From positions 7,192,001 to 7,256,000 of the forward strand of contig CATNEN010000038.1 in NCBI GenBank assembly GCA_950097015.1: a stretch of DNA of 64,000 nucleotides. The letters are read 5' to 3'. The notes below the pieces were generated by a model. It did no database searches. It saw nothing but the letters and a program-made list of their open reading frames with translations, and was not told where the DNA came from. This stretch comes from Macrostomum hystrix (Eukaryota > Animalia > Platyhelminthes). The translations under genes and the position numbers were made by a program. Below, piece by piece: positions 45,901-53,940 of this stretch; within the stretch, counting starts at the first letter, position 1, and each line of letters opens with the position of its first letter.

Positions 45901-46411
45901 GTTTCAACTTTCCTTGGCTGAGTCAGCGGGTCGCTAATGAGGTGAGTTTGAGTTTGCTAGTAGGCTAGCTCGGCGAAATGCCACCCACGTGGAATTGAGT
46001 CTAATTAGAAAATCAGAGTACTCAGATTCGGATTCAGCGGTGACAAGTCCCACAGACCTGAGCGGCTTTCGCATAGCCGTGTTTGTAGGCAGCCGGAAGC
46101 TGTGAGACAGTCCTGCGCTGCTCCGATATTTAAAAACAAGGCTAAGGAGGTCTAACTCAATTATTCGACCGGCCGCACTCACCGCCAAGAGCAAACGATA
46201 TAATCCTCCCTTTTTTGTAGCGAAAAAACGCAACCATGGAGGCTTCTCACCGTGTTAAAATAGGCCCTCCTTTAATCCCCCTGCGCGAGCCTCGCGTGCA
46301 GCTGACAGCGCTGCAGGAAAGTGCGAGCCCGCTCACTATCGTGCCATGCTTGACAATGTGTGAGGGGATTGAAATTGTCGTTGGATTTGTCAAAGGCCTA
46401 GACGGTAACAT
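143..46411 (-). CDS. MPDZ: Multiple PDZ domain protein (MPDZ/MUPP1-PATJ/InaD-like), multi-exon, 3' part beyond the window start
   Basis: Hand-spliced exons with AG/GT borders and matching phases (5'->3'): 46411-46337, 42806-42342, 41385-41193, 40303-40212, 36795-36660, 34973-34848, 28690-28431, 21155-20433, 20053-19328, 18958-18893, 17925-17782, 17556-17276, 16921-16811, 16692-16233, 15950-15840, (14898-14878), 13821-13714, (13566-13536), (11702-11413), 9555-9483, 9408-9212, 8289-8122, 8039-7806, 7731-7386, 6105-5849, 846-538, 443-327, 218-143; brackets mark tentative exons. Ten GLGF-type PDZs in MPDZ order, with family motifs [60 protein letters not shown] and [24 protein letters not shown]. 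Confidence 0.93.
327..443 (-). CDS. MPDZ: MPDZ exon, PDZ11-equivalent
   Basis: cctag|[39 protein letters not shown]|gtgagc. Confidence 0.92.
538..846 (-). CDS. MPDZ: MPDZ exon, PDZ10 C-half and PDZ11 N-half
   Basis: ccag|[27 protein letters not shown]...[20 protein letters not shown]|gtgagt. Confidence 0.93.
975..1050. mobile_element. Dispersed repeat family C fragment (non-autonomous DNA-element-like)
   Basis: The motif CTGCCTACTTCACGACAGCTCCCAAACCGAATGACCGATTTTCGTGAA recurs at ~15345, ~45555 and ~48210. Confidence 0.6.
1455..2873. repeat. 43-bp minisatellite, ~33 near-perfect copies
   Basis: Unit GCTCATCTGTGCGGCGTCAATCTCATTGCATCCAGTCTAGTTT. Confidence 0.97.
3370..3792. repeat. 17-bp purine-rich minisatellite
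   Basis: Unit AGAATGGATGGATGGGA. Confidence 0.93.
4405..5790. repeat. 20-bp minisatellite beside the donor at 5848
   Basis: Unit CTAATCCTTCAATCCCTGAG, ~69 copies. Confidence 0.96.
5849..6105 (-). CDS. MPDZ: MPDZ exon, PDZ10 N-part
   Basis: ...[36 protein letters not shown]|gtgaga. Confidence 0.92.
7386..7731 (-). CDS. MPDZ: MPDZ exon, PDZ9-equivalent
   Basis: gccag|[12 protein letters not shown]...[26 protein letters not shown]...|gtgagt. Confidence 0.92.
7806..8039 (-). CDS. MPDZ: MPDZ linker exon
   Basis: ttccag|AKLDQQ...[10 protein letters not shown]|gtgagt, phase 0-0, leads into GKQGLGF. Confidence 0.82.
8122..8289 (-). CDS. MPDZ: MPDZ exon, PDZ8 C-half
   Basis: cctag|[42 protein letters not shown]...|gtgagt. 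Confidence 0.9.
8640..9195. repeat. 56/57-bp minisatellite abutting the donor at 9211
   Basis: Unit CTACCCTATCCTTCACGTTCATTGGTTGAATTCATTTGATGGGTCTAAGCAAGTCT. Confidence 0.94.
9212..9408 (-). CDS. MPDZ: MPDZ exon, PDZ8 N-half
   Basis: [42 protein letters not shown]|gtgaga. Confidence 0.92.
9483..9555 (-). CDS. MPDZ: MPDZ exon with EDEFGY motif
   Basis: gacag|[24 protein letters not shown]|gtgagt; EDEFGY precedes PDZ8 in MPDZ. Confidence 0.85.
10972..11320 (-). mobile_element. tRNA-derived SINE family B, near full length
   Basis: Minus-strand head TGGCTGAGCGG (A box)...ACTCGATTCC (B-box-like) and an AAT/ATT tail. Homologous copies at ~17045-17215, 28160-28385, 38990-39080, 44620-44730, 46515-46715 and 58685-58970. 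Confidence 0.8.
11413..11702 (-). CDS. MPDZ: Probable MPDZ linker exon (acceptor uncertain)
   Basis: Open Ala/Pro-rich frame ending ...DSEVAT|gtaagc in phase 0, compatible with exon 9555. Confidence 0.6.
12127..12358 (+). mobile_element. tRNA-derived SINE family A (CORE-like), degenerate copy
   Basis: TAGCCTAGTGG...GGTTCGATTCC head and (ATT)n tail; homologous to 63300-63603. Confidence 0.8.
12359..13237. mobile_element. Non-autonomous element with ~140-bp terminal inverted repeats and internal cargo
   Basis: 12359-~12500 is the near-perfect reverse complement of ~13095-13237 (AGCATTGGTTTTGTCAGCCTAACTGAGAATCC... / ...GGATTCTCAGTTAGGCTGACAAAACCAATGCT). Confidence 0.88.
12648..12934 (+). pseudogene. 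Frameshifted ~95-aa ORF inside the TIR element, function unknown
   Basis: ATG at 12648. Adding one A in GAAAATGG gives [101 protein letters not shown] lies downstream at ~13072. Confidence 0.5.
13714..13821 (-). CDS. MPDZ: MPDZ linker exon
   Basis: ttgacag|[36 protein letters not shown]|gtgagt, phase 0-0. Confidence 0.75.
14637..14692 (+). ncRNA. Degenerate type I hammerhead-ribozyme-like motif (G12->C)
   Basis: GTTGAAG-CTGATGA-AA-TAGTTG(AATA)CAACTA-GT-CAA-ACAT(ACA)ATGT-A-TTTCAGT: three stems and a GUA triplet are present, but CAAA replaces GAAA. Confidence 0.4.
15840..15950 (-). CDS. MPDZ: MPDZ exon, PDZ7 C-half
   Basis: ctcag|[37 protein letters not shown]|gtgagt. Confidence 0.92.
16233..16692 (-). 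CDS. MPDZ: MPDZ exon, PDZ7 N-half
   Basis: [24 protein letters not shown]...GVFIKQV...[11 protein letters not shown]|gtgagg. Confidence 0.92.
16811..16921 (-). CDS. MPDZ: MPDZ exon, end of PDZ6
   Basis: ctgcag|(C)[13 protein letters not shown]...YEYA|gtaagc, phase 2-2. Confidence 0.8.
17276..17556 (-). CDS. MPDZ: MPDZ exon, PDZ6
   Basis: [43 protein letters not shown]...|gtgagg. Confidence 0.9.
17782..17925 (-). CDS. MPDZ: MPDZ linker exon
   Basis: cctcag|[29 protein letters not shown]...PQ|gtatgc, phase 0-0. Confidence 0.78.
18027..18282. mobile_element. Foldback MITE / near-perfect 256-bp hairpin
   Basis: Arms of ~110 bp (18027-18138 vs ~18172-18282) are reverse complements; termini AGTATAGC...GCTATACT. 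Confidence 0.9.
18893..18958 (-). CDS. MPDZ: Probable small MPDZ exon (66 nt)
   Basis: tttttcggtcag|[22 protein letters not shown]|gtaaat, phase 0-0. Confidence 0.65.
19328..20053 (-). CDS. MPDZ: Large non-PDZ, frame-symmetric MPDZ exon (242 aa) with two AKAP-like helices
   Basis: gtggcag|SNLSTPQ...LFNHQ|gtgagg, 726 nt, phase 0-0. Confidence 0.75.
20433..21155 (-). CDS. MPDZ: MPDZ exon, PDZ4 C-half and PDZ5
   Basis: ttccag|[22 protein letters not shown]...[12 protein letters not shown]...[14 protein letters not shown]...IGVAKP...RKK|gtaggg. Confidence 0.95.
21240..21512 (-). mobile_element. SINE family A copy
   Basis: Homologous to 30959-31290. Confidence 0.78.
22247..26287 (+). CDS. Intronless ankyrin-repeat protein (1346 aa), nested antisense in an MPDZ intron
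   Basis: 4041-nt uninterrupted ORF. Roughly 20 G-x-T-P/A-L-H/I-x-A-A ankyrin repeats (estimated by eye) fill the first ~745 aa, then an S/P/T linker, charged helical and basic segments and an unrecognised C-terminus. AATAAA at ~26372 and 26411. The true start could be a later Met (22298 or 22370). Confidence 0.92.
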   Translation: MVTDGSFWTVERSHLDCMNSCSHRAELRKQGLKTSHGSVGDMEGSDKRLTPAALRSFQLTKHQVVNEKSKRDGLSPVLAAAANGHLEVVRCLVKNGANINDRNPDGQTPLILAAKNGYQPLMRLLVNYGANLDIQDAKGRTALMHALAEGRLELARFLMELGASQAPVDRDGKTALFVAAEWGHVAIVEHLLIEKIGADLAAKDRQGRTVLMMLARAGKAWPMYKYISETELGKLINDHDSAGFTPLLHAAEAGKFAMCARLIKWGANVKAVTNDGRTVIMLACQRPQISCATADSDAVDFAASSDEAAVEPLDQMSFVTAMVERGVAIDAVDQKGRTALFYAAEHAELQLLKFLLTKHAGCVRADARDAAGNTILHAAARTGNESAVRYLTGVPAFARLVDEPNSASETPIRLAITSKKLAIVQNLVERGASLEKSNRSSETPLLCAACENGADDIVEYLLDKGFHPDSADSEGVTALMAATRSDHIQVVKRLLKASANVNVLSKKGFTALTLAVQTVNVAICKLLLNHNADPNLMPDGKSDCKTLCSIAATLDSNALLELLAEFRADPFKMDSQGRNALYYSVLLNRSGPLKTLIKWSFGRRLDDYFPYEGKKYTLLHIAAERGSMEAMKQLFNGQPSRDIKSSIGETALHIACRRQDLTMVCTLSLFASKININTPRDSDQFTPLMIAGQLGNQAIVVDLIKKGAEINKRLPDGRTALILTIKGSETAICRVPLITCLLKFGAIYDTPIDKQHLGQKTYNLLIAIDKGRAGNEQQTQVSTQTDPQAKQNSANAAQSSPSTTPASPSASQSPKTKTNTPMTTEERLKAKLKKKQLQPQDVPKAAEAETKKAEPFSVRAKKARDEVQRTLDAAETNAKRISGMMKKYVEVTAIPDPKQDKCSDSLAKEMKKQDITRLYKRPFILSYEQKQQNRLIREFSVKMDKIRQDIVKKFEDKLDIMCGRKSRPSEPLSASPVSKMSDTSETNSIVDLLSENLIRKRRRRSWELFYRLKYEIKLKKSSKNRLRSSLIRRLLVLKTSRAKKRRRHRLPIFWEATWHRKIVRRHLAPRMRWLYQAAKQSASDLTAKFSYVRLEGIASGVQEGAVWWQPLPEWTVSEEKAGRVQKKFKKSSKMSLESRVSMLKASTGHRCNLLVRCGQRPTEIKLYNDWRDSQMQLDLSCSIEPELFHVRRLKRDRRPDIVVRLTVDSRRCLWDSRELRVLADSLVSASKNAPVGAEPALELDRQRRLLECLARRWTYQQLKAVGGDPQELDMSSGVGMLHPSLSTKLLAVALHVGLARSVDAAYSVHGDDVLLFQQPTQKELKQVLGLLGRGRVILKEALRFKN
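27095..27445. repeat. ~15-bp minisatellite
   Basis: Unit CCCCATATCCGTAGC. Confidence 0.92.
28160..28385 (+). mobile_element. SINE family B, 5'-truncated
   Basis: Matches the reverse complement of 10972-11190 and ends in a TTATTATTA tail. Confidence 0.8.
28431..28690 (-). CDS. MPDZ: MPDZ exon, PDZ4 N-half
   Basis: [48 protein letters not shown]|gtgagc. Confidence 0.95.
28790..29142. repeat. ~29-bp GGCGCC-containing minisatellite; related block at 30430-30590
   Basis: Unit CACGGTGGCGCCACCCCCCTAATGAATC. Confidence 0.85.
30959..31290 (-). mobile_element. SINE family A (CORE-like), full length with 11-bp TSD
   Basis: A/B boxes on the minus strand, (ATT)n tail, flanked by AAAGAACTTAA at 30948-30958 and 31291-31301. 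Confidence 0.9.
31875..32552. repeat. 18-bp pyrimidine-rich minisatellite
   Basis: Unit TCTACTTCTCACTCTTCG and variants. Confidence 0.92.
33288..33678. repeat. GA-rich ~11-bp tandem repeat
   Basis: Unit GTGACGAGAGA and variants. Confidence 0.9.
34209..34847. repeat. 21-bp minisatellite directly abutting the donor at 34847
   Basis: Unit GATTATCTCACTCTTCAATTG, ~30 copies. Confidence 0.96.
34848..34973 (-). CDS. MPDZ: MPDZ linker exon sandwiched between two minisatellites
   Basis: ttattcag|(S)[12 protein letters not shown]...KRTNF|gtgagt, phase 1-1 linking 36660 to 28690. Confidence 0.75.
35005..35318. repeat. GTGTACTT-based compound repeat
   Basis: Recurrent GTGTACTTGT / GTACCAGTCT / GTATTAACTT blocks. 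Confidence 0.9.
35716..36645. repeat. 20-bp minisatellite abutting the donor at 36659
   Basis: Unit ACCTGCCATCTACCTCCCCA. Confidence 0.95.
36660..36795 (-). CDS. MPDZ: MPDZ exon, PDZ3 C-part
   Basis: ttgcag|[41 protein letters not shown]...|gtgagt. Confidence 0.9.
37671..38738 (+). mobile_element. Mariner transposon, internally deleted
   Basis: Perfect 38-bp TIRs CGAGGGGTGTCCAAAAAGTAGTGGGAATTTTCAACGTA with TA target duplications (37669-37670, 38739-38740). Confidence 0.96.
37932..38588 (+). pseudogene. Truncated mariner transposase (218 aa)
   Basis: HHDNARPH and [14 protein letters not shown] motifs are present. The first catalytic Asp region is missing, and the D-D spacing is 31 rather than 34. 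Confidence 0.9.
39620..39745. repeat. Short 20-bp minisatellite
   Basis: Unit TTACACTCGGATCTAACAGG. Confidence 0.85.
40212..40303 (-). CDS. MPDZ: MPDZ exon, PDZ3 middle
   Basis: gccag|(A)[30 protein letters not shown]|gtgact. Confidence 0.92.
40405..41120. repeat. 20-bp minisatellite filling most of an intron
   Basis: Unit TATGACAACCAGACACTCAA. Confidence 0.94.
41193..41385 (-). CDS. MPDZ: MPDZ exon, PDZ3 N-part
   Basis: cttcag|QELVV...[26 protein letters not shown]|gtaatt. Confidence 0.92.
41421..42324. repeat. 15-bp minisatellite filling an intron
   Basis: Unit TCCAATGTCTCCCAG, ~60 copies. Confidence 0.97.
42342..42806 (-). CDS. MPDZ: MPDZ exon, PDZ2-equivalent
   Basis: gtccag|[56 protein letters not shown]...NNLQ|gtgagt. 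Confidence 0.95.
42828..43510. repeat. (ATTG/ACTG)n microsatellite-derived repeat next to the acceptor at 42807
   Basis: GATT/GACT tetramers with recurrent AATGATCGAAA. Confidence 0.93.
43590..43822 (-). mobile_element. SINE family A copy
   Basis: CCCAGCTGATACTGGTACCCATTTAACAGCTGGGTGAACTGAAGCAATG shared with the 30959-31290 copy. Confidence 0.8.
45491..45640. mobile_element. Family C fragment beginning at TTAA-CCC
   Basis: TTAACCCTAG...GGGCTATTTCAAATACCC...CTCCCAAACCGAATGACCGATTTT. Confidence 0.55.
46337..46411 (-). CDS. MPDZ: Putative first coding exon of the MPDZ gene (exon 46337-46453)
   Basis: tttttcag acceptor, in-frame TAA, then [25 protein letters not shown]|gtgagc in phase 0, joining LNTEW. 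Confidence 0.55.
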
Positions 46412-46514
46412 CCGACACAGTTCTCGGACATCCAGACACTTCAGTTAACACACCTGAAAAATTCATGTTAATCATCATATTTGCTGTATATTACTGACTG
46501 AGCAGACTGCTCAG

Positions 46515-46955
46515 CCCGCTGACTCCTGAGCACATGCGCACACTGATACTGTACGCAGGAATACACATATTCGTGTACATCTGCCCTGTTTTCTTACCCT
46601 CAGACATTGTACATTCTCATTGTGCCTTTGGTGTTTGCATTCTATGGGCTTTACACAGCAACGCTCCAAATGAATGTCATGGCCTCGACGCGAAATCGAG
46701 TTCACGGACTTTCTTGGGGATGATAGATGCGTTATGCGTTCTGTCCCTCATCCTGTATAGATCGACTGAAATGACAGCTAACACGGCTATTGCGCGGGCA
46801 TCTGAAGGGTGCGTACAGCTGTTCAGTCCATGGACTGGGGGGACGCCACATCCACCCTCAATTAACCTAGCTGATGCTGTAAACCATTGAACTGCTGGTT
46901 GAAGTCTTGAGTCGTGACCTTCGAGTCATGAGTCCGACGCTGTAACCACTAGGCT
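46515..46955 (-). mobile_element. Adjacent SINE B (46515-46715) and SINE A (46780-46955) copies
   Basis: Similarity to the 10972-11320 and 30959-31290 copies. Confidence 0.75.
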
Positions 46956-47020
46956 AGCCTAATCTGGCCTAATTCGGAAGCTAGCCAATGCCAGACCTCC
47001 CTAGCAACAAAAGCCGGCGG

Positions 47021-47464
47021 TCAAACCTCAGCGCAGCGGCAGGGCGCAGCAGAGCAGTCGGCCCTGCGCAGGACGCACTTTGGCCTGGTGTGCCGAATTC
47101 GCCTGAAGCCGTCTGTCTTGCAGGTGACCACGATGGCGCCGGGCGAGCTGTCCAGACGGTGCACGACGGTGTTCTTGACGATCGAACTGGTGGAGATTTC
47201 CATGGCCGACACGGACTGGCGATACGAGACACCCAGACTGTCCGCTGCTTTGCCACTGACAGCCCCAGCGTCTGGCGCCGCTGACGTTTCAGCCGAGGCC
47301 AGACGAGCGTCAGCACTGCTGCTGCTTCGCCGGCGCTCCAGCGGCGTGGCCATCAGCATCAGAGACTGGCGGCGGAGCTCCACCTCGCGTCGGCGGTGCC
47401 AAAGCAGGCCCATTGCGGCCACGGCGCTGATGCCCGCCACTTCCTCAACGGACTCGTCTAGCAT
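47021..47464 (-). CDS. Orphan 147-aa GC-rich ORF, unknown
   Basis: ATG-to-stop ORF with coding-like composition and no recognised domain. Confidence 0.35.
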   Translation of the reverse strand: MLDESVEEVAGISAVAAMGLLWHRRREVELRRQSLMLMATPLERRRSSSSADARLASAETSAAPDAGAVSGKAADSLGVSYRQSVSAMEISTSSIVKNTVVHRLDSSPGAIVVTCKTDGFRRIRHTRPKCVLRRADCSAAPCRCAEV

Positions 47465-49159
47465 GAGGCGACCTCTGCGACCCTCCGACAGTCAGACAAT
47501 GAGCCTGCTGGAGGCTCCCTTCCTACAGCCGCTGGGCCATTGTCCCTGAACTGGCCTGGGCTAACTGCTGGCCAACTGTTCAATTTGTTAAGGTCGATGC
47601 CGTCTATAAACTGCAGTCTGTCCTGACTTGTTTTAAACTATTGGAACTGGGGAGTCGGGAATTATTTTCCTAGGGTAGACAGCCGACGTGATGACTTTGG
47701 GAATCAGCCAATGAGGACATTCCACGGAGAAATTCAGTGCTAAAGGGAAGGGAGAGTCAGTAAATGGACGCGCAGGCGGGCCTCGTCGAGTTTTTCGAAC
47801 GCTCTCAAACTCACTTCTGGCCTGGCTAGTCGATTTTTTTTTCTTACAAAATGAAAATTACTCGACGTTGCTCGCGTATAGAAGGCCGCAATAAAATAGG
47901 AGGCCTAGGACTTCCCTGCACACTTCCTTCTTCCTGCTCAGCTGGTCCGCGATCAGCCGGCTAATCCCATAATACCCCGTTGCCGCCGACTGAGACACAG
48001 AGGTCAAGCATCATTAGCTGATTTTAACAAATCAGTTGAACTGATAATCAATACAGCAGTGAGTAAATTCTTGTGTCCGAGATTTATCTGAACTGCTCTA
48101 CTCACAGTAGAGGCTGTGGTTTTTTAGTTGAAAATTATGATTCGCTCGTACGCTCGTATTAGCTATTTTTCCCCCTGAGGAGAGACCACAGAGATACTTC
48201 AAATACCCACTGCCCACATCGCGACAGCTCCCAAACCGAATGACCGATTTTCGTGAAAGTTCACCAATAAACAGATTCTCGGGGCTGTCAGGGGCGCCAA
48301 AGTCTGAGCTGCTGAATTCATGCCGTTTCCAGGATGCACCATTGACCTGTCTGACGAGGACATTCACGAATTCGACTTCATCGATGCCGTGGCATCACTT
48401 CTCAAGTCTAGCTGACAATTTTCGTTGCTCGAGTGTCCAACAAATCGATCTGTCCCAGCTAAGAGCCCAGAGTTTGTCCCACACGCGGCCCTGCCTTGCC
48501 AAGTCGAAGTTTGACAAACTGGACAGATTTGGGGTCTGCTGGGTCGATAGGTTGGAGCAGCCAGGCTTGCTGCTCAGCTTGGGTGCTTGTGGAGAGTCAA
48601 GAGCTCGCACAGAAACCTCCCAGGGGGGAAGCGAACAACCCCACGCCCCGGAAGCCGGCAAGTGTCGGTGGAGCTGTGATTAGGTTGCAAAGGCAGCAGC
48701 AGCAGCAGCAGCAGTGGCAGGCACAGATTCAAGGCAGTTTCAGGTTAACAGCCACTTGCTAAAGTGTTGAAGTCTAAAGTCACAGCTACCAGTATAAATA
48801 TCATTTCCCCCTGTTAATATGTCAGTAATCCTCTTTGAGATTGAACTTGTAAAACAAAAATTGAGCAACAGTGCTTGAAGCAGACCGATTATGCATGCTA
48901 AAAGTGCGAAAACTGTGCTTAATTTACCATCTAGACAGCACGCGAACAAAAACCTAGATCCTCAGAACTCACCATTGCAGCACCAGTTTGGAGCAGCTGC
49001 TGACCGAATTCAGAGCAATCCGCTGGTCATTGAGCACACTCCAAGGCATGGCAACGGTTGTTAGGATGACACTAAAGTGCCGGCGCAATCAACCTGCAAG
49101 ATAATGCGATTGATAAATCTGAAATATGAAATCACCTGGCTACTCAACAACTGATCTGA

Positions 49160-51005
49160 CTATCTGACCAGGATACTAATCCACTGACCAGGATTCTAAT
49201 CCACTGACCAGGATTCTAATCCACTGACCAGGATTCTAATCCACTGACCAGGATTCTAATCCACTGACCAGGATTCTAATCCACTGACCAGGATTCTAAT
49301 CCACTGACCAGGATTCTAATCCACTGACATGGATACTAATCCACTTTCCAAGGCTACTAATCCACTGACCAGGATACTAATCCACTGACCAGGATACTAA
49401 TCCACTGACCTGGCTACTAATCCACTGACCAGGATTCTAATCCACTGACCTGGCTACTAATCCACTAACTGGCTACTAAACCACTGACCTGGCTACTAAT
49501 CCAATGACCTGGCTACTAATCCACTGACATGGCTACTAATCCACTGACCAGGATTCTAATCCACTGACTTGGCTACTAATCCACTGACCAGGCTACTAAT
49601 CCACTTACCTGGCTACTAATCCACTGACCTGGCTACTAATCCACTGACATGGCTACTAATCCACTTTCCATGGCTACTAATCCACTGACCTGGCTACTAA
49701 TCCACTGACCAAGATTCTAATCCACTGACCTGGCTACTAATACACTGACCAGGATTCTAATCCACTGACCTGGCTACTAATACACTGACTTGGCTACTAA
49801 TCCACTGACCAGGCTACTAATCCACTGACATGGCTACTAATCTAATGACCAGGATACTAATCCACTTTCCATGTCTACTAATCCACCGACCAGGATACTA
49901 ATCCACTTTCCATGGCTACTAATCCACTGACCAGGATTCTAATCCACTCACTAGGCAACTAATCCACTGACCTGGCTACTAATTCACTGACCAGGATTCT
50001 AATCCACTGACCTGGCTACTAATCCACTGACTTGGCTACTAATCTAATGACCAGGATACTAATCCACTTTCCATGTCTACTAATCCACCGACCAGGATAC
50101 TAATCCACTTTCCATGGCTACTAATCCACTGACCAGGATACTAATCCACTGACTTGGCTACTAATCCAATGACCTGGCTACTAATCCACTGACCAGGATT
50201 CTAATCCACTGACCAGGCTACTAATCCACTGACTTAGCTACTAATCCACTGACCAGGCTACAAATCCACTGACCAGGCTACTAATCCACTGACCAGGCTA
50301 CTAATCCACTGACCAGGCTACTAATCTAATGACCAGGCTACTAATCCACTGACCAGGCTACTAATCCACTGACCAGGCTACTAATCCACTGAAATGGCTA
50401 CTAATCCACTGACCAGGCTACTTATCCACTGACCAGGCTACTAATCCACTTACCTGGCTACTAATCCACTGACCTGGCTACTAATCCACTGACTTGGCTA
50501 CTAATCCACTGACCAGGCTACTAATCCACTTACCTGGCTACTATTCCACTGACCAGGCTACTAATCCTCTGACCAGGCTACTAATCCACTGACCAGGCTA
50601 CTAATCCACTGACCAGGCTACTAATCCACTGACCAGGCTACTAATCCACTGACCAGGCTACTAATCCACTGACCAGGCTACTAATCCACTTACCTGGCTA
50701 CTAATCCACTGACATGGCTACTAATCCACTGACCAGGATTCTAATCCACTGACCAGGCTACAAACCCACTGACTTGGCTACTAATCCACTTACCTGGCTA
50801 CTAATCCACTGACCTGGCTACTAATCCACTGACCAGGATTCTAATCCACTGACCAGGCTACTAATCCACTGACCAGGATTCTAATCCACTGACATGGCTA
50901 CTAATCCACTGACCAGGATACTAATCCACTGACCTGGCTACTAATCCACTGACCTGGCTACTAATCCACTGACCTGGCTACTAATCCACTGACCAGGCTA
51001 CTAAT
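49160..51005. repeat. 20-bp minisatellite, ~90 copies
   Basis: Unit CTAATCCACTGACCAGGCTA. Confidence 0.96.
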
Positions 51006-51479
51006 CAAGAAGACAGTGTGAAGGAATACATTGTGACAGATGTCAAACAGTTCTATCATTGTGTTCAACTATTGATGCATTTCTAGTAGTCTCAAATATA
51101 AGTCAAATTTTCAGACTGCAACAATAAGAATTTTATCTCCGAAGAAAACGACACAATTGACAGGCTAAATGCAAACTGTGTCTGAAAATCTGCTATCTGT
51201 TTGCTCGCCTTTTTATGCCCTCAATCAGAGCTTTGCTAGCATTAATCGATCTGCTTTTTTACTTCTCCGATCTTGTGATAGAGACGGGAATAGAGTGAGG
51301 GAGGTCGAGGTCGTGTATTTTATGACTGAATGCCCGAGGAAAGTGCAAACGACAAAACGAGAGAGCTGGAGGATGTGTCTTTATGGGATGCGCGAAATTT
51401 GTGCAATAGAACCTAACCTAATAGAGACATTTTTATCATAAAAAGTGATGAGGTGTGATAAAAAACAAACTGTTACATG

Positions 51480-52460
51480 AGACAGACAGGTGTCAACAGA
51501 GATACAAGGTGTCAGTAAAGATACAGGGTGTCAGAAGAGAGAGAGGTAGGGCGTCAGAAGAGAGGCATGGTGTCAGAAGAGATGCAGGGTGTCAGAAGAG
51601 ATGCAGGGTGTCAGAAGAGAGGCATGGTGTCAGAAGAGTGGCAGGGTGTCAGAAAAGAGGCATGGTGTCAGAAGAGTGGGGCATGGTGTCAGAATAGAGG
51701 CAGGGTGTCAGAAGATAGGCAGGGTGTCAGAAGAGAGGCAGGGTGTCAGAAGAGTGGCAGGGTGTCAGAAGAGAGGCAGGGTGTCAGAAGAGAGGCTGGG
51801 TGTCAGAAGAGAGGCTGGGTGTCAGAAGAGATGCAGGGTGTCAGAAGAGAGGCAGGGTGTCAGAAGAGAGAGAGGTAGGGCGTCAGAAGAGAGGCATGGT
51901 GTCAGAAGAGTGGCAGGGTGTCAGAAAAGAGCATGGTGTCAGAAGAGTGGGGCATGGTGTCAGAAGAGAGGCTGGGTGTCAGAAGAGATGCAGGGCGTCA
52001 GAAGAGAGGTATGGTGTCAGAAGAGAGGCAGGGTGTCAGAAGAGGCAGGGTGTCAGAAGAGAGGCAGGGTGTCAGAAGATAGGCAGGGTGTCAGAAGAGA
52101 GGCAGGGTGTCAGAAGAGAGGCAGGGTGTCAGAAGAGGCAGGGTGTCAGAAGAGAGGCAGGGTGTCAGAAGATAGGCAGGGTGTCAGAAGAGAGGCAGGG
52201 TGTCAGAAGAGAGGCAGGGTGTCAGAAGAGAGGCAGGGTGTCAGAAGAGAGGCAGGGTGTCAGAAGAGAGGCAGGGTGTCAGAAGATAGGCAGGGTGTCA
52301 GAAGAGAGGCAGGGTGTCAGAAGATAGGCAGGGTGTCAGAAGATAGGCAGGGTGTCAGAAGATAGGCAGGGTGTCAGAAGAGAGGCAGGGTGTCAGAAGA
52401 GAGGCAGGGTGTCAGAAGAGAGGCAGGGTGTCAGAAGATAGGCAGGGTGTCAGAAGTGAG
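51480..52460. repeat. 19-bp minisatellite
   Basis: Unit GCAGGGTGTCAGAAGAGAG. Confidence 0.95.
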
Positions 52461-53032
52461 ACAAGGTTTTAATGTGGAGAAACGGTTTCAGGAGAGAGAC
52501 AGCTAATAAGCCGTCGCCGCGCATATCATCTAAGCTCGTACGCATGCCGGGCAATGAAAATCTAACAAAAATTATTTTATAATATATTTCCTAGCGATTT
52601 CCATGCACTGCACGCCTTCTCCTGGCGCCACAGTCTTCCCTGCATCATTGGGGAGGGTTTAGTGGGCTACTCTGTGATCTCTCGAGTGAGAAGTGCGGTG
52701 CATGTGTCAGCAATGCCCGCGGGCACTCAGTGAGAGTGAGCGAGCTCAGAGTGGAACTCCTTGGTTTGATTCGGGAGCCATGCAGCTGTGGGGAATATTC
52801 TAGTGATGAAGGGGAAGAGGCTCAACTACGAATAGGGATTTCGGGATGGGAGATTGTGCAGGGAGATTGGCCGATACGAAAATTGGGCGAGCAAGGGATA
52901 CGGAGACATAGAGTAGGAGGGGAGCTGGCCTGCTCGAGTGGATGTGAAAACTACTGCCACTCACTGCGACCGTCTCCGGGCAACTCGAACGGCTGGTTGA
53001 GCCTGGAGACAGACGCGATCAATCAGGCCCCA

Positions 53033-53048
53033 CTATCTAACTATCTAT

Positions 53049-53120
<72 letters not shown>

Positions 53121-53201
53121 ATATCTATCTATCTATCTATCTATCTATATATCTATATATCTATATATCTATCTATCTATCTATATATCTATATATCTAT
53201 A

Positions 53202-53246
<45 letters not shown>
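53033..53246. repeat. (CTAT)n microsatellite, left flank
   Basis: Direct inspection. Confidence 0.97.
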
Positions 53247-53247
<1 letters not shown>

Positions 53248-53552
53248 ACTAGGCCAATGAAGTTGAAACGATCTCAGAACAGCTCCCTGGTGTGGTGATA
53301 ACCCAGATCAGTGATCAGAGAACCACTCTGTGTGCGTGGTTTCTTTACATTCGTCTATCTACTCCCGGGACCAGTGTTTGGTTTCTATTCTTTTTTCTGT
53401 TGAATTGTTCATTGCCGTTAAGAAGCCGCACTTGGCTCTGATTGAGACGAAGTCAGTACGAAAGAGACCTGCGAATCACCAATGACGTTGACTCGAGCCG
53501 ACAACCGCTGCACCGATTTCGTCCGAGTTGCACCGCCGGCATCAGAACTGCA

Positions 53553-53940
53553 GCAGGGTCGAGTTGCATGTGCTTCAGGAGCTCGAAACCCGGAAGGTCT
53601 GTGCTCAGACTTCCCCACCTGCCAGAAGCAGTCATTCTGCCCTTCAATTATGCTCTACAACATCTGTCCAATGTCAGCCATGACCAGTTGGGATCGCAGA
53701 CTGCAGGGTCGAGTTGCCTGTGCTTCAGGGGCTCGGCGCCCGGAAGGTCTGTGCTCAGACTTCCCCACCTGCCTGGAGCAGTCGTTCTGCCCTTCAATTG
53801 TGTCCTACATCATCTGCCCAACGTCGGTCGTGACAACGTCGGGTCCCAGACGGCAGGGTCGAGTTGCCTGTGCTTCAGGGACTCGGCACGCGGAAGGTCT
53901 GCGCTCAGACTTCCCCACCTGCCAGTAGCAGTCATTCTGT
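53553..53940. repeat. 150-bp tandem repeat, ~2.6 copies
   Basis: GCAGGGTCGAGTTGC starts at 53553, 53703 and 53853. Confidence 0.92.
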
